Shown: positions 30,782-41,945, counted from the first letter of the whole stretch. The stretch is 63,624 nucleotides of DNA, filler included, from 5 parts of 5 records of this genome joined end to end with filler, not necessarily neighbours in it; one strand, 5' to 3'. The notes: generated by a model not told the origin, from the sequence alone. Program-made: numbers and translations.

Positions 30782-32142
30782 TTATTTGTAAAATTACAGT
30801 CTTGATTGTCTTTATTAATATTAATATATGTATCCTCAATTTTTTCGATCATCCAACTTTGAATTCTTTTAAGTTGTTTTTCTTTGAGGGCTAATTCTTT
30901 AATTTTAATAAAATCCTGAGAATAATCCGCAATATGCTCATCAAATCTATTACTAACTTTAAGTATTTTATATTTTTTTACTCCTCTTTGATCTTCATCT
31001 AATAAAGGCATTGAAATTTCATTATCTTTTAGCCTTTGTGCTTGACTGTAAAGAACTGGATCCATTTTAGTTAATTCAAAACGAGTATCTCCAGTTGTGG
31101 GATTAATTAATACACCACCATTACTTCTTGTTTCGACTTCATCAGAAAGTTCTTTTGCAGCTTCAGTAAATGTTAATTCACCATCTATAATTCTTTTTCT
31201 AATTAAATCAATAGTTCTTTTAGCTTCAACTATGGCCTCATTTGTAACATCTGGAATTAAAAGTATATGTCTTGCATCTACTTCTTGACCTCTAATTTTT
31301 TCAACTTTTACAATATGCCAACCACTTTCAGTTTCAAAAGGATCAGAAACTTCGCCTTCTCTTAATCTGTAAACAGCGTCTCTAAATTCTTTGTGCATTG
31401 TAGGTCTATTTCTGTTTAATGTATACATACCTCCAGTTGCTCTAGATCCCGGGTCTTGCGAATACAAAATTGCTTTTGTTGCAAATGAAGAACCATTAAC
31501 TACAATATCATTCTTAATAGTTTCTAATCTTCTAATGACTTTATCTTGTTCTTCTTTGGATACTTCGGGGTTAATTATGATTTGAGCGAGTTCAAGTTCA
31601 GCTCCAAAAACTGGTCTTTCATATTTAGGGATAGAATAAAAGAATTGTCGAACTTCATCCGGTGTGATTTCAATTTCTTCAACTATTTTATTTTGCATTA
31701 GTTCTGAAAGCTGCCTCACTTTATTAATTTCAAACAATTCAGATCTAAACACCTGTTCATCATTTTTTTTGTAAAACTCAAGTACTTTTTCTATGCTTCC
31801 AATTTGATCAACAAAATAATCGATAGTTCTATCTACATATGAATAAATAGAGTTATTATCAACTTGTAAACTATCTTGCTCGGCATGATGAGCATAAAGT
31901 TTATCTTCCATCAGCTTTCCTAAAAGACTACATCTGGTAATATTTTGTGTTGACACACCTTGAGATTGAAGGTCAATAAGAGTTTTATCGACATCTGATT
32001 CTAAAATGACATAATCGCCAACTACGGCTGAAACTCCATCAATCTTTATTTTAGTTTGGTAATTAGTACTTTCTGTATTCTGACTAAATACGAAAGAGGT
32101 AAAAAATAAAATTATTAAAAAGTAATTATTAATTGGTTTCAT
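30766..32142 (-). CDS. surA: SurA-like periplasmic chaperone / PpiC-type PPIase
   Basis: KIDGVSAVVGDYVILESD, two parvulin domains (YSQDPGS...GWHIVK; ARHILL). Likely start MKPINN at 32142, followed by a signal peptide. Confidence 0.82.
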   Translation of the reverse strand: MKPINNYFLIILFFTSFVFSQNTESTNYQTKIKIDGVSAVVGDYVILESDVDKTLIDLQSQGVSTQNITRCSLLGKLMEDKLYAHHAEQDSLQVDNNSIYSYVDRTIDYFVDQIGSIEKVLEFYKKNDEQVFRSELFEINKVRQLSELMQNKIVEEIEITPDEVRQFFYSIPKYERPVFGAELELAQIIINPEVSKEEQDKVIRRLETIKNDIVVNGSSFATKAILYSQDPGSRATGGMYTLNRNRPTMHKEFRDAVYRLREGEVSDPFETESGWHIVKVEKIRGQEVDARHILLIPDVTNEAIVEAKRTIDLIRKRIIDGELTFTEAAKELSDEVETRSNGGVLINPTTGDTRFELTKMDPVLYSQAQRLKDNEISMPLLDEDQRGVKKYKILKVSNRFDEHIADYSQDFIKIKELALKEKQLKRIQSWMIEKIEDTYININKDNQDCNFTNKWVKN

Positions 32143-32971
32143 AAAATTCAAATTCATTTTGTTGGAGGGCATCTTCAATTATTTCGTTTTCAAATTTACT
32201 AATAAACTCCAATTTTTTCTTATTTAAAAGTACTTGTTTTAAAGTCGATTTGATAAAATCAAATGGAGCAATATCGTTTTTAAGCTTATAATTTTTAATA
32301 TTAATCAAATATAGTTCCAAAGAATCTTCTAATCTATAAAATAACTTATTTTTAACAATATTTTGTTTTAATCTATCATTTATATCAGGTAATTTATTAA
32401 AAAAAACATCTTTATTAATCCATAAAGAGTCATTAAAATAATAAGAGGAAAATTGTAACGATATTGAGTCTAAAAATATTTTATCACTTTGTTTAAATCT
32501 TTTGAATCTTTTAACTACATCTTTTAAATTATAATTTTCACTGTTTATTTTTAAATACCTTGCATTAATTATTTCCTGATTAAGTTTAAAATTTAATTTA
32601 TTTATGTTATAATATTCTCTTACAGATTGTTCTGAAATAAAAGTATCCATTGCAGATTTGACTATCTTCTCTTGATAAGCATAAGAAAACAATTCATTTT
32701 TATAAGACTCGATCAATTGATTTAAATCTCCTTGCTTTTTATCTCCTAAGTTTACAAGAGCTTTTTTAAACAGTAATTTTTCTTTGGCCCAATTATTTAT
32801 ACGATTTTTAACAAAAATCACACTGTCTTCTTCAGAAATTCCAGTAGGAAAAATCTCTATTAAATCGGATTTATAATAAAACTCATCTCCCAACCTAGCT
32901 AAAACTTGATCTGGTTTGTTTTCTATAAAATCACAACCAATAAATAGTAAAAAAAATATATATACTTTCAA
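32129..32971 (-). CDS. Lipoprotein, PPIase/SurA-associated (Bacteroidota conserved)
   Basis: Lipobox-like FIGC, VLARLGDEFYY, APFDFIK; typical position upstream of surA. Confidence 0.6.
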   Translation of the reverse strand: MKVYIFFLLFIGCDFIENKPDQVLARLGDEFYYKSDLIEIFPTGISEEDSVIFVKNRINNWAKEKLLFKKALVNLGDKKQGDLNQLIESYKNELFSYAYQEKIVKSAMDTFISEQSVREYYNINKLNFKLNQEIINARYLKINSENYNLKDVVKRFKRFKQSDKIFLDSISLQFSSYYFNDSLWINKDVFFNKLPDINDRLKQNIVKNKLFYRLEDSLELYLINIKNYKLKNDIAPFDFIKSTLKQVLLNKKKLEFISKFENEIIEDALQQNEFEFYETN

Positions 32972-32978
32972 AATAAAA

Positions 32979-34487
<1,509 letters not shown>

Positions 34488-34495
34488 CTAAATTA

Positions 34496-34990
34496 TTAAT
34501 CCTTAAATAACTTGAGATCTTTTAATATTAAAAAAGCTGATAATAAAAATGACAAAGTCATTAATACGCCAGAAAATATTACCACATACTTGAACCAAAG
34601 AATTTCAAGCCAAAGCAAGTAAATACCTCCAAAAGTTAAAAGTATTGAAACAAATGGTTCTATTGCTAAAAAAAGCTTTAATCTAAAATTAATATTGGTC
34701 ATACAAACTAAAAAACCCATCAAAAAGAAAATAACAGACATTGAAAGAATATGAGAATGAATAATAGTTAAAATTTCTCTTTCACTCTTTTTGAACTTCA
34801 TAACGTCAATATCATCTTCGGAAAACTCATTGCCATTATACTGCTCAACTAAACCATTTGGGGTTGTACTATTTGAATAATCAACGAAAACTACACTTGA
34901 AACAAAGCCAATACTTGTTACTAATACAAAAGTTGCTATTAGATATTTAAATTCTTTTGAAAGTTCTGAAAGACTGTTTATTTTGAGCAC
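34496..34990 (-). CDS. Hypothetical 4-TM membrane protein with an HxH motif
   Basis: Four hydrophobic segments, LTIIHSHILSMS, GTG start. Confidence 0.6.
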   Translation of the reverse strand: MLKINSLSELSKEFKYLIATFVLVTSIGFVSSVVFVDYSNSTTPNGLVEQYNGNEFSEDDIDVMKFKKSEREILTIIHSHILSMSVIFFLMGFLVCMTNINFRLKLFLAIEPFVSILLTFGGIYLLWLEILWFKYVVIFSGVLMTLSFLLSAFLILKDLKLFKD

Positions 34991-35002
34991 CGCGCAAAAA
35001 TA

Positions 35003-35557
35003 CTATATTATTTTGTTTTGAATTAAAAAATTCAAAGAACTTAATAATTCATTTACAGCATTGGTCATAGATTTAACTGAGATCGTTGCACCAGATATTG
35101 CTGAAATATTTTGTCTGTAGATAAATTTATGATTAGTTCCCTTTAAAAGAAACTGCTTCAACCATCTTTTACTGCCAATTTCACCTCCCCAGCTTTCTCT
35201 ATACAGCAAAACTTTTGCTTTTTTAATAACAAATTGATTATCAAAAAGAACTAAATACTCAAAAGTTTCAGTTTTACTTGGTGCAGTTCCGACATATGCA
35301 TAACCAAGCTTAATGTTGTTTGAGGAAATTTCTAGAAGTCTATTTCCAGAAAAATCTGAAGTTAGTTCTTTGTTAGGTTGAATTTGTACTGGATTCAATT
35401 CAAAATCCTCTAAAACAAAAACTTTAGAAATTTCTTTTTTTACTTTTTTTAAAATGTTTTTGTATAAAACATTTTCATAATTAGAAAAAGAACTGCATAG
35501 TATTACTACAAAATATAACAAAACAAAGCTCCAATTTATTTTTCTATGCAGTTCCAT
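35003..35557 (-). CDS. FMN-binding domain protein (putative flavinylation substrate)
   Basis: N-terminal anchor, YRESWGGEIGSKRWLKQF, flavinylation motif AISGATIS. Confidence 0.8.
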   Translation of the reverse strand: MELHRKINWSFVLLYFVVILCSSFSNYENVLYKNILKKVKKEISKVFVLEDFELNPVQIQPNKELTSDFSGNRLLEISSNNIKLGYAYVGTAPSKTETFEYLVLFDNQFVIKKAKVLLYRESWGGEIGSKRWLKQFLLKGTNHKFIYRQNISAISGATISVKSMTNAVNELLSSLNFLIQNKII

Positions 35558-35579
35558 CTACTAATTAATTTTTGAATTA

Positions 35580-36698
35580 TTAAAAGAATACACCTATACC
35601 CATATTAAACTGCCCTTTTGATTCGCTATCAGGAACGGCTGTACCTTTTGATTGCCAATCCATTTTAAAAACAGCTCCATCAGCAAGATGATAAGAAAAT
35701 CCAAAAGTAGTTTCTTTTCTATGAAAAGATTCGGTTTTAGTTAAATTTCCTGCGACTTCAGCATGAGTATCGAAATCTTCATATCTTACAAAAACATCAA
35801 GTTTTTGTCTAGCCGTTAATGAAAGTAAATTATATGCCCCCTCTATATAATATCCACTCATTTTTGAACCCAAATCCTTTCCCGATGCAAGATTGTACTT
35901 GTCTGTATCTGAAAGAGAAGCATTTATGTATTCAGATCTTGCAGAAAAACGATTTTTCACATATCTAGCGTCAAATCCAATCATAGATAATCCAACCTGA
36001 GAACCTACAACACTTTTATCAGTCGTTTGTGTTTTTCCGTTGTATAAACTTAAACCTAATTTAAGACCAGGCAGTCCATAATAGTCAACTCTAGCAGCAA
36101 AATTTGCATTGCTTCCTACAGATTCAGCACCCTTTTGTCTTCCAGATCTAAGTCCATTTGTTCCTTTTAATTTATAAGCTCCGTTATAAGAAATGAATCC
36201 ATTCATTACGTAAGCTTGGTATCTTAATGATGCACTATTAATTCTACCATAAACTCCTAATCCCATTTCTCTCCACGTAGTAGGAACTAATTTATTATTA
36301 AGACTAGGTCTTTCTACACCATTATATGTTGTTGGCTCATGATATTCGTTAACGATTCCCATAGGAACTAGCATTAACCCTCCTCTTAAATTAAAGTTAT
36401 CAGAAACTCCATAGTTTAAAAAAGCTTGTTCAACGTAAACTTCCTTAACATGCTCAAATTCAATTTCAGTGATAAAAGAAACTCTATCGTCAAATTTATA
36501 AGCAAAAAGCATTACAAGTCTTTGAACATCAATTTCAGAAACTCCAGAATCGGGATCATTGTAAGTAATTTCTCCATATCCACCGATTTTAAGGCCAGTA
36601 GCCATTGTTTGAAGACTTAACATTTGTTTTTCGGAACTGTTCTGAGAAAAAACAGAAAACGAAGTTAAAAGTATATATATAAATATTTGGTTTTTCAG
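35580..36698 (-). CDS. Outer-membrane beta-barrel / porin-like protein, extended 5' to a CTG start
   Basis: IGGYGEITYN, EIEFEH, YVEQAF, NEYHEPTTYNGVERP, PTTWRE; C-terminal Phe (GIGVFF). The in-frame 25-codon extension encodes a signal peptide. Confidence 0.72.
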   Translation of the reverse strand: MKNQIFIYILLTSFSVFSQNSSEKQMLSLQTMATGLKIGGYGEITYNDPDSGVSEIDVQRLVMLFAYKFDDRVSFITEIEFEHVKEVYVEQAFLNYGVSDNFNLRGGLMLVPMGIVNEYHEPTTYNGVERPSLNNKLVPTTWREMGLGVYGRINSASLRYQAYVMNGFISYNGAYKLKGTNGLRSGRQKGAESVGSNANFAARVDYYGLPGLKLGLSLYNGKTQTTDKSVVGSQVGLSMIGFDARYVKNRFSARSEYINASLSDTDKYNLASGKDLGSKMSGYYIEGAYNLLSLTARQKLDVFVRYEDFDTHAEVAGNLTKTESFHRKETTFGFSYHLADGAVFKMDWQSKGTAVPDSESKGQFNMGIGVFF

Positions 36699-36705
36699 GT
36701 TATTT

Positions 36706-36728
36706 TTATTTAGATTAATTATAAATAG
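36706..36728. promoter_or_regulatory. Putative Bacteroidota Fur box 1
   Basis: TTATTTAGATTAATTATAAATAG, a near-palindrome resembling the TTATTTAGA-N5-TCTAAATAA motif I associate with flavobacterial iron-uptake genes. Confidence 0.6.
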
Positions 36729-36732
36729 AGTG

Positions 36733-36763
36733 CAAACATAAGTGTTAAAAACTTATAAAGCAA
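36733..36763 (-). promoter_or_regulatory. Bacteroidota promoter of the porin operon
   Basis: Minus strand TTG (36763-36761)-N20-TATGTTTG (36740-36733). Confidence 0.68.
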
Positions 36764-36765
36764 GC

Positions 36766-36788
36766 TTATTTTTAATTAATCTAAATAA
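36766..36788. promoter_or_regulatory. Putative Bacteroidota Fur box 2
   Basis: TTATTTTTAATTAATCTAAATAA; its reverse complement matches box 1 at 21 of 23 positions. Confidence 0.6.
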
Positions 36789-36810
36789 GAATAGTGAAAG
36801 TTTACAGTAA

Positions 36811-37674
36811 TTATTTAAAATCATTAAATAACCTGAGAGCATGATTGTAACAGGATTCAAAATTAAGTGAATTAATGTTTGGTTTTTTATTGATTGAATT
36901 AAAATAAGAAATCAATTTCTCAGTTGGTAAGTTCCCTGTTAATTCATCTTTTGCCATAGGACAACCGCCAAAACCTTGAATTGCACCATCGAATCTTTTA
37001 CATCCAGCTCTAAAGGCTGAATCAATTTTTTTAAACCAATCATCAGGCCTAGTGTGAAAATGAGCTCCAAATTCAACTTGAATATATCTGGGAATTATAT
37101 TTGAAAAAATATTAAAAATATCGTCAGGAACTGCAGTTCCGATAGTATCGGAAAGAGATATTACTTGAATCTTTAAATCACTTAGTTTATCAATCCATTT
37201 TTCCACTATTTCATAATTCCAAGGCTCACCATATGGATTGCCAAAACCCATAGACAAATAAACAACCAACTTCTTATTATTTTTATCTGTTATTATTTTG
37301 ATTCTCTTAAGCTCTTCAAAAGATTCATTTATACTTTTATTAGTATTTCTCATTTGAAAAATTTCTGAAATTGAAAACGGAAATCCCAGATAACTTAATG
37401 ATGAATGACTGCAAGCCTCAAAAGCTCCTCTTTCGTTAGCTACAATAGCTAACAATTTAGATGTTGTATTGGATAAATCTAATTGATCAATTATATAAGC
37501 TGAATCACTCATTTGAGGAATTGCTCTTTTAGAAACAAAACTTCCAAAATCAACCACATCAAAACCGACCGACAAAACTGATTGTAAATAATCAAGTTTA
37601 ATTTCAGATGGAATCCATTGCTTTATACCTTGCATTGCATCTCTTGGGCATTCAACTATTTTAATTGAAGACAT
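36811..37674 (-). CDS. Hydroxymethylglutaryl-CoA lyase
   Basis: VECPRDAMQG, LSDTIG, GAHFHT, GFGGCPMA, TGNLPTE. Confidence 0.9.
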   Translation of the reverse strand: MSSIKIVECPRDAMQGIKQWIPSEIKLDYLQSVLSVGFDVVDFGSFVSKRAIPQMSDSAYIIDQLDLSNTTSKLLAIVANERGAFEACSHSSLSYLGFPFSISEIFQMRNTNKSINESFEELKRIKIITDKNNKKLVVYLSMGFGNPYGEPWNYEIVEKWIDKLSDLKIQVISLSDTIGTAVPDDIFNIFSNIIPRYIQVEFGAHFHTRPDDWFKKIDSAFRAGCKRFDGAIQGFGGCPMAKDELTGNLPTEKLISYFNSINKKPNINSLNFESCYNHALRLFNDFK

Positions 37675-37693
37675 ATTATAAAATTAGTTTTTA

Positions 37694-38302
37694 TTAACTA
37701 ACTATCCAGTATATAATAAATATATATACTCCAATCTCAAATAAATATATGTTGTTACTAATTAAACTCTGTCTTTTTGAGAATGAGTTCAATTTATACG
37801 ACAAAAGAGAAACCAACAGAAAAACCAAAGTAGCTTGTAACCAAAAAACACCTCCAAGTATCAAAAACTGAATTTCATTACTAAGATCAGTATGAAATAA
37901 AAAACCAGGGAAGAAAGCTATAAAAAACAAACTAACCTTGGGATTTAGCAAGTTCATTATTAAACCTTTAAAGAAATCATTACTTGATTTACTTTTAATA
38001 TCTAATTCCTTTTTTTTATTCCTACTAATAAAAACTAAAATAATTAAATATGAAAAGTAAAGAATGCCTAATAATCTAATAAAATTAAAAACATATTCAT
38101 TTTGAGAAATTATTAATGATAGACCTATTGTGACAAAAAAAGTATGAACTAATAAACCAGATGTCAAACCTAACGAAGTCATAATGGCCGATTTTTTTCC
38201 TTTAGATATGCTTTGAGAAATAACATAAATAATATCAGGACCAGGTGAAATAGTCAACAGTAACGATGTTAAAATAAAAGTTAATAAAACATTAATATCC
38301 AT
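37694..38302 (-). CDS. LysE/RhtB-family exporter
   Basis: ISPGPDIIYV, GLIMNLLNPKVSLFF. Confidence 0.9.
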   Translation of the reverse strand: MDINVLLTFILTSLLLTISPGPDIIYVISQSISKGKKSAIMTSLGLTSGLLVHTFFVTIGLSLIISQNEYVFNFIRLLGILYFSYLIILVFISRNKKKELDIKSKSSNDFFKGLIMNLLNPKVSLFFIAFFPGFLFHTDLSNEIQFLILGGVFWLQATLVFLLVSLLSYKLNSFSKRQSLISNNIYLFEIGVYIFIIYWIVS

Positions 38303-38370
38303 AAATAATTTATTGATTTTAGGATTGTAATTTAATGTTTATAAATTATTTTTGTGCAAAATTTATTAAA

Positions 38371-39135
38371 ATGTCATATATCCAAAATTTAGAGAAGAAC
38401 TTATCAATTACTAGAAAATCACTTGTAAGTCACAGTCTGTATTCAAAACTTGACTCTAAACAAAAACTTATTGATTTTATGGAAAATCATGTTTTTGCAG
38501 TTTGGGATTTTATGTCATTAATTAAAGCTCTGCAAAAAAATCTAACATGTGTGGATGTTCCTTGGGTTCCAAATGAAAATCGACTTGCTGGAAGACTTGT
38601 AAATGAAATAGTTTTAGCTGAAGAAAGTGATGTAGATTTAAATGGAGATCCTAAAAGTCATTTTGAATTGTATCTTGAATCTATGAACCAAATTGGAGCA
38701 AGTACAAAAATTATTAACGATTTTATATCCAAAATAAAAAATTCAAAATCTTACAGTAATTCAATTGATAAAATCAATATCAATCCTATTGTTAAAGAGT
38801 TTATGGATTTTACATTTAATATTATTAATACTAATAAAAATCATGTAATAGCAAGTGTATTTACGTTTGGAAGAGAAGATTTAATTCCAGACATGTTTAT
38901 TGAAATTGTAAAAAAACTCTCAAATAGTGATGAAATCGAAGCAGATAACTTAGTTTATTATCTAGAAAGACATATTGAGATTGACGCAGACGAACATGGT
39001 CCAATGGCACTTAAAATGATCGAAGAATTATGCGGAGACGATGAAACGAAATGGAAAGAAGCTGAGATTGCATCAAAAAAAGCTCTAGAAATGAGAATTA
39101 AACTTTGGAATTATATTGAAAATATGATTAGCTAA
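38371..39135 (+). CDS. DUF3050, heme-oxygenase-like fold protein
   Basis: FMENHVFAVWDFMSLIKALQ, NEIVLAEESD, SHFELY, FGREDLIP, YYLERHIEIDADEHGP. Start revised to 38371, downstream of TATTTTTG (38347-38354). Confidence 0.8.
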   Translation: MSYIQNLEKNLSITRKSLVSHSLYSKLDSKQKLIDFMENHVFAVWDFMSLIKALQKNLTCVDVPWVPNENRLAGRLVNEIVLAEESDVDLNGDPKSHFELYLESMNQIGASTKIINDFISKIKNSKSYSNSIDKININPIVKEFMDFTFNIINTNKNHVIASVFTFGREDLIPDMFIEIVKKLSNSDEIEADNLVYYLERHIEIDADEHGPMALKMIEELCGDDETKWKEAEIASKKALEMRIKLWNYIENMIS

Positions 39136-40514
39136 AACCTGTTTTTTAACTGATCTTTTCCTTTTACGAGTTTTGAATTATGATAATCAATTAGATTAAG
39201 AATTTCTTGAACTTTTTCAGGATTCTCTTTAGCAATATTAAATTTTTCAGAGGGATCATTATTTAAATTGAATAACAAAGGTTGATGATGTGTTTGTGGT
39301 TCTTTAAACCAATCTTTAGTTTTTAAATGTAATTTAAAATTTCCTAGCCTTGCCGCATACAACTCATCACCATTATAAAAAAACATATCTTTTCTTGGAC
39401 TTTCCTTACTTTCAAATAAAGTTTTAGATAAATCAAGACCATCTACAAGCATATTTTTTTGTTGTTCAATTCCTGAAACACTAAGAAAAGTAGAATAAAT
39501 GTCTAGTGTTGAACCTATATCATTAATAACACCTGATTTAATATTAGAACCCCAAAAAATAGCCGGTACCCTCACTCCTCCTTCCCAAGTTGTTCCTTTT
39601 CCATTTCTTAATAGACCAGCTGATCCAGAATGATTTTTGTACACCAGCCAAGGACCGTTATCAGATGTAAAAACAACTAAAGTATTTTTTTCAAGATTAA
39701 GCTTCTTTAATTCTTCAATTATTAAACCTACTCCGTGGTCAATTTCTTCGATAACATCACCATACAATCCTCTTTTACTTTTTCCAAAGAATTTTTTAGA
39801 AGCATAAAGCGGAATATGGGGAAGATTGTGTGATAAATAAATAAAAAATCTATCGTCTTTATACTTATTAATTAATTCAATAGTTTTTTTAGTGTATCTA
39901 TCAGTAATTGTAGTCTGATCCACGGGACGTTCAATTATATCAAAGTTCTCAATCAATGGTACATTATAACTTTTAGAATCAAGCTCATTTCTTTCATACT
40001 CTGACCAATAATTATTATTATTAATCTTATCCATGTCATTGGAATATGGAATACCGTAATAATAATCAAAACCATGATTTAAAGGCAAATATTTCTTTTT
40101 ATGACCAAGATGCCACTTACCCACAATAGCAGTCTTATATTTATTTTCTTTTAGTTTCTCAGCTATTGTAAATTCACTTGATGGAAGACCATTTAAAGAG
40201 TTAGGAAAGAGAACTTTATTTTTAGAACTAGTCATACCACTTCTAACTGGAAGCCTTCCTGTTAAAAGAGCAGCTCTACTAGGCGTACAAACTGGTGCAG
40301 CAGAATAAAACTGAGTCCATTTTTGACCTTCATAGGCCATTTTATCAAGATTAGGTGTTGAGATAGTCGGATTTCCGAAAACTCCTAAATCACCATAACC
40401 CATGTCATCTACAAAAACAATTATAAAATTTAGATTTTGATTTTTCTGAATTCCAAATGAAAATAAACTAAATAAAAAAAAAACAAAAAAACATGTGTAA
40501 CGATTAAACATCAT
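39132..40514 (-). CDS. Formylglycine-dependent sulfatase (S1 family, arylsulfatase A/GALNS-like), secreted
   Basis: FVDDMGYGD, CTPSRAALLTGR, GKWHLG, FTSDNGP, GKGTTWEGGVRVP. Confidence 0.92.
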   Translation of the reverse strand: MMFNRYTCFFVFFLFSLFSFGIQKNQNLNFIIVFVDDMGYGDLGVFGNPTISTPNLDKMAYEGQKWTQFYSAAPVCTPSRAALLTGRLPVRSGMTSSKNKVLFPNSLNGLPSSEFTIAEKLKENKYKTAIVGKWHLGHKKKYLPLNHGFDYYYGIPYSNDMDKINNNNYWSEYERNELDSKSYNVPLIENFDIIERPVDQTTITDRYTKKTIELINKYKDDRFFIYLSHNLPHIPLYASKKFFGKSKRGLYGDVIEEIDHGVGLIIEELKKLNLEKNTLVVFTSDNGPWLVYKNHSGSAGLLRNGKGTTWEGGVRVPAIFWGSNIKSGVINDIGSTLDIYSTFLSVSGIEQQKNMLVDGLDLSKTLFESKESPRKDMFFYNGDELYAARLGNFKLHLKTKDWFKEPQTHHQPLLFNLNNDPSEKFNIAKENPEKVQEILNLIDYHNSKLVKGKDQLKNRF

Positions 40515-40600
40515 AAATCTTAGATTTATTCTAATTTAGAAAATAATAAGTTAATAATAACTTATTTTTTTTACCTTGGGGATTCCTAAATTTTTAAATT

Positions 40601-41920
40601 ATGAATAAAACATTTTTATCATTAGTTATTATTTCATTAATAACTATCAATTTTTCATTTGCTTTTCAAACTTCAAAAGCTAAAAAATTTGCTAAATCAA
40701 TTACAGAAAAAGAATTAAGCGAACATCTTTATACTTATGCTTCTGATGAATTTGAAGGTAGAGATACTGGTGCACCAGGTCAAAAAAAGGCTGTAGAATA
40801 TATTAGAAATTATTACAAATCAATTGGAATTGAACCAGGAGATTTAGAAGGGGATTACTTTCAAGAAATGACTCTGACAATGAGAGGAAGAAGAGGTCAG
40901 AAACCCAAAACTGTAGAAACTGAAAACGTAATAGCAATTATTAGAGGATCTGAAAAACCAGATGAATATGTTGTTATAACAGCACATTTAGATCATGTTG
41001 GTATTACTGACGGCGAAATCTATAATGGTGCTGACGATGACGGTTCAGGAACTGTTGCTTTATTAGAAATTGCTGAAGCTTTCAAAAAAGCTGCTGATAA
41101 GGGTAAAGGACCTAAAAGATCAATTGTATTTTTACACGTAACAGGTGAAGAAAAGGGATTACTTGGATCTGCTTATTATGCAGATAATCCTGTTTATCCA
41201 TTAGCAAACACAGTTGTAAATTTAAATGTAGATATGATCGGAAGAATAGATCCCACAAGAAGAGAAAAAAACAGAGATTATATTTATTTAATTGGATCCG
41301 ACCATGACAGTGTTGATTTACACAATTTATCAGAACAAACTAATGCTGAATCTGTGAATATGACACTCGATTATAGATTTAATGATAAAAATGATCCTAA
41401 TAGATTTTACTACAGAAGTGATCACTATAATTTTGCAAAAAATGGTATTCCAATTATATTTTACTTTACCGGAACACACGCAGATTATCACCAGCCAAGT
41501 GATACACCAGACAAAATTGAATACGATTTACTGGAAATGAGATCAAGACTAATTTTCTACACTGCTTGGAATATAGCAAACAGAGATAAAAGAATTGTAG
41601 TTGACCCTAAGCCCGAAAAAACATCTTTTTCTATTTCTGAGGATGATCTTAAAAAGTTTCACGGCTTATATGCTTCCGATTTGATGCCTCTTAAGTTTGA
41701 AGTTTACACCAAAGATGGAAACTTAGCTATGAATCCTGTTGGAATGGATCAAGAATTAGTACTTGAAGCTACATCAAAAAACACTTTCAAACAAGAAATT
41801 GCAGGAATGGAAGTTACTTTTGACAAAGGATCTATGAAGTTAAAAATGCAGGGTAGAGAAATTAGCTTTAAAGCTGTCCCCCCTACTCCAAAAGATTCTA
41901 AAGCAACTGATATTGAATAA
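40601..41920 (+). CDS. M28-family metallopeptidase with a C-terminal extension
   Basis: TAHLDH, NGADDDGSG, GEEKGLLGS, DMIGR, RSDHYNF, DYHQPSD. Confidence 0.9.
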   Translation: MNKTFLSLVIISLITINFSFAFQTSKAKKFAKSITEKELSEHLYTYASDEFEGRDTGAPGQKKAVEYIRNYYKSIGIEPGDLEGDYFQEMTLTMRGRRGQKPKTVETENVIAIIRGSEKPDEYVVITAHLDHVGITDGEIYNGADDDGSGTVALLEIAEAFKKAADKGKGPKRSIVFLHVTGEEKGLLGSAYYADNPVYPLANTVVNLNVDMIGRIDPTRREKNRDYIYLIGSDHDSVDLHNLSEQTNAESVNMTLDYRFNDKNDPNRFYYRSDHYNFAKNGIPIIFYFTGTHADYHQPSDTPDKIEYDLLEMRSRLIFYTAWNIANRDKRIVVDPKPEKTSFSISEDDLKKFHGLYASDLMPLKFEVYTKDGNLAMNPVGMDQELVLEATSKNTFKQEIAGMEVTFDKGSMKLKMQGREISFKAVPPTPKDSKATDIE

Positions 41921-41945
41921 AATTCGAATTATATTTATAACAATA

